From an uncultured Bacilli bacterium (GTDB lineage Bacteria; Bacillota_I; Bacilli_A; RF39; UBA660): a stretch of 50,901 nucleotides of DNA. Every line of letters begins with the position of its first letter. Position 1 is the first letter of the stretch. Made by a program: the position numbers and the translations under genes. The DNA is taken from the NCBI GenBank assembly GCA_947628145.1, contig CANQYU010000003.1:1-50901 (forward strand), read 5' to 3'. The notes beneath the pieces are model-generated. The model saw only the letters and a program-made list of their open reading frames with translations, ran no database searches and was not told the DNA's origin. Positions 48,674-50,901 of the stretch are shown here, piece by piece.

Positions 48674-49906
48674 TTAGTCTTTCTTTTTCCAACGACTAAC
48701 ATGGGGTACTTTTTCCCATGTTACTGTTTTTTTAGCTAAAGCTTTAATAGCGCAAGTAATATAAGTAAAGAAGAATAGGGGACTAAAAAATATCGCTTTT
48801 ATTTGCATATTTTTACTTAAATTAATTGTATCTTTTCTTGAATTTAAAACCAGAGCTATCTTAATTATCATAATTAAATATATTATAGTAAAAATAGTTA
48901 TTAAATTAATTAAAGAATTAACAAATAAACCTTTAAATAAAAACATATTAATAATTTGTTTTAAAACAATTAAAAATACTCCGATAATTAATAATATATA
49001 AGGTTTCATTCCCACTATTTCACTTATAATAGAGCCATAGTTAATATTATTTTTTAAACATTTCTTAAATAAAGGAATATATTTTTTTCTATTATCAAAA
49101 TATCCTCTAATCCAACGCATTCTTTGATTAACCGTATTTTTATAATAAATAGGTTGCTCATCATAAAACATAGCTTCTTTATTATAAGTACTTGTTAAAT
49201 TATTTAACATAGAATATAAAGTAAGCTCATAATCCTCGGTTAAACTATGAAAAGGAAAACCATGCCATTTTTTAATTAAATCTCCGGCAATATATAAACC
49301 TGTCCCTGATAATATCACATTTCTTGTTTGACTACTTTTTCGGGTATTAACATTTGCATTTAAAAAAGTAAAAGTAAGTCCGGAAGAGGCCGCGATAATA
49401 GAATCATTCCCATTTTTTAAATTTCGTTCTCCCGTGCCTATATCATAACCCTCAATATAAGATTTTTCCATATTTTTAATAAAATCTTTATCTAACACAT
49501 TATCAGCATCTAATATAAAATATATATCATAAAATTTCTTTTCTCTTATTAAATCATTAATAGCTTCATCAATTGCATAACCTTTACTTTTTAAATTTGT
49601 ATTAACTCTTATAATTACGCGAGCACCCCATTTTTTAGCAATCTGAATAGTTGGGTCTTCTTCACTTTCCACAATAATTACGACATCTTCCATGTTAATA
49701 GGGCGTGTTTGTTCTTTAATACTATTTAATAAATCTTCAATAACTAAAGACTCATCTCTTGCCGGAATTAAAATACAAGCTTTCTTAAAACTTTTTCTTT
49801 TTTCTTCCGGTAAATTTTCATTTTTAAAAACTATAACTTTCATTAATAAAAGTATTTCTAAACTTACCACGACTAAAATAACACCTAAAATTTCCATAAA
49901 AACCAC
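48674..49906 (-). CDS. Family 2 glycosyltransferase (processive type)
   Basis: IPARDE, DADN, TED, QRMRW. Confidence 0.9.
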   Translation of the reverse strand: MVFMEILGVILVVVSLEILLLMKVIVFKNENLPEEKRKSFKKACILIPARDESLVIEDLLNSIKEQTRPINMEDVVIIVESEEDPTIQIAKKWGARVIIRVNTNLKSKGYAIDEAINDLIREKKFYDIYFILDADNVLDKDFIKNMEKSYIEGYDIGTGERNLKNGNDSIIAASSGLTFTFLNANVNTRKSSQTRNVILSGTGLYIAGDLIKKWHGFPFHSLTEDYELTLYSMLNNLTSTYNKEAMFYDEQPIYYKNTVNQRMRWIRGYFDNRKKYIPLFKKCLKNNINYGSIISEIVGMKPYILLIIGVFLIVLKQIINMFLFKGLFVNSLINLITIFTIIYLIMIIKIALVLNSRKDTINLSKNMQIKAIFFSPLFFFTYITCAIKALAKKTVTWEKVPHVSRWKKKD

Positions 49907-50031
49907 ACTTCCATATATATATTTAAATAAATTATATCACAAAATTAATAAATAATAAAAAACTTTAAAATTTCTTGACAAAAGCCCTAAAAATGTTTAT
50001 CATATTATCTTACAAACAGGAGGGTTTTTAA

Positions 50032-50715
50032 ATGAAAAAATTTTTAACTATATTATTATGTACTACTTTTATTTTAGCACCATTCAAAGTAGAAGCAAAA
50101 TCTTATAAATTTAATTATTATTGTGACACTAAGCAAAACTTTGACGACACAACTTTTTATAAGACATGTCATATTGAAATTACTACTGATTTTGATATAA
50201 ATCATATTAAAGGTAATTTAATTTTAAAGAATGCTACTCTACAAGATATTAAAACCAAAGGGGATTGGAAAAATAATAATGGTTTATCAGAAACTATTGA
50301 TATTTCTTCCACAACTTCTCATAAAGGAACTATTGCTATTGCTGATTTAGTATTTACTGGTCCTTTAGCTGCGACTGAATGTGAAACTAGTTTTGAACCA
50401 TTAATTGCTGAAGAAAATATTACAGCTTGTATAATCGTTGATAATGAATATTATGGTAAAGATGGTACAAAAGTAACTGCCGAAAAATATTATGAAGAAT
50501 GCTATAAATATACTTGTACCGTAGTTGATAACAAATATTATTATAATCATGAAGGTAAAGCCGTAAGTTATGCTCAATTTCAAAAAGATTGCGCAGAAGT
50601 AGAAAGTCCTCAAACCGGTATTGATTATGGTTATATTATTTTACCTTTAGGCATAATATCTATTATAGCTATTATTAAAATAGCCAAGAAAAATACAAAA
50701 ATTTATAAAATATAG
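50032..50715 (+). CDS. Secreted Cys-rich protein with SPQTG sortase-like anchor
   Basis: Signal peptide (VEA), two Cys-bounded repeats, SPQTG + TM + basic tail. Confidence 0.7.
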   Translation: MKKFLTILLCTTFILAPFKVEAKSYKFNYYCDTKQNFDDTTFYKTCHIEITTDFDINHIKGNLILKNATLQDIKTKGDWKNNNGLSETIDISSTTSHKGTIAIADLVFTGPLAATECETSFEPLIAEENITACIIVDNEYYGKDGTKVTAEKYYEECYKYTCTVVDNKYYYNHEGKAVSYAQFQKDCAEVESPQTGIDYGYIILPLGIISIIAIIKIAKKNTKIYKI

Positions 50716-50761
50716 TTGAAAAAATTAGATAATATGTTATAATTTATATTATCTAATAAAT

Positions 50762-50835
50762 GCGAGTGTAGTTTAATGGTAGAGCTTCAGCCTTCCAAGC
50801 TGATAACGTGGGTCCGATTCCCATCACTCGCTCCA
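50762..50835 (+). tRNA. tRNA-Gly (anticodon TCC)
   Basis: GCGAGTG/CACTCGC acceptor stem, TCAGC-CTTCCAA-GCTGA anticodon arm, encoded CCA. Confidence 0.95.
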
Positions 50836-50881
50836 GTGACGTTTCTGTTCGAACTTTTATAGTTTGAACTTAACATATATA

Positions 50882-50901
50882 ATCAATCCGTTCGGGTTGA
50901 T
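50882..50901 (+). terminator. Probable terminator hairpin after the tRNA
   Basis: ATCAATCC-GTTC-GGGTTGAT; any T-tract would lie beyond the window. Confidence 0.45.

Noticed and set aside
1303-50613. Many short antisense ORFs in the track (e.g. 1303-1488, 7302-7832, 18082-18372, 40594-41013, 49692-49955)
   Set aside because: Shadows of well-supported genes on the opposite strand, with no RBS or motifs
1-50901. CRISPR array
   Set aside because: No regularly spaced direct repeats seen

Overview
Very AT-rich (roughly 25% GC by eye) chromosomal segment, genetic code 11. Gene content suggests a reduced-genome Bacillota/Bacilli (RF39-like gut lineage; taxonomy is inference). The left end is a small defence cluster: a retron (structured ncRNA 633-800 plus NAxxH/YSDD/VTG reverse transcriptase) with no recognisable effector, and a Sau3AI-like C5 methyltransferase divergent from an unknown 249-aa protein. 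The middle holds accessory and housekeeping genes (MATE, ABC/TCS, P-type ATPase, ECF sigma/anti-sigma, GDPD, YtrA-ABC, LTA synthase, TrmB, GH25, hybrid kinase with Hpt-REC, ANL enzyme, CDF). The most striking feature is two tandem cassettes at 37.5-41.55 kb. Each has a divergent XRE repressor, a membrane-anchored protein with a C-terminal DGR-type variable repeat showing the adenine-mutagenesis codon signature, a covarying 3' hairpin and a GNRA terminator. No template repeat or DGR RT is in the window, so these look like individually regulated remote DGR targets. They sit just upstream of soj-spo0J-mscS-DUF951-ychF, and the window ends with tRNA-Gly(TCC). Across the window GATC appears avoided and the palindrome CCGCGG is strongly over-represented.
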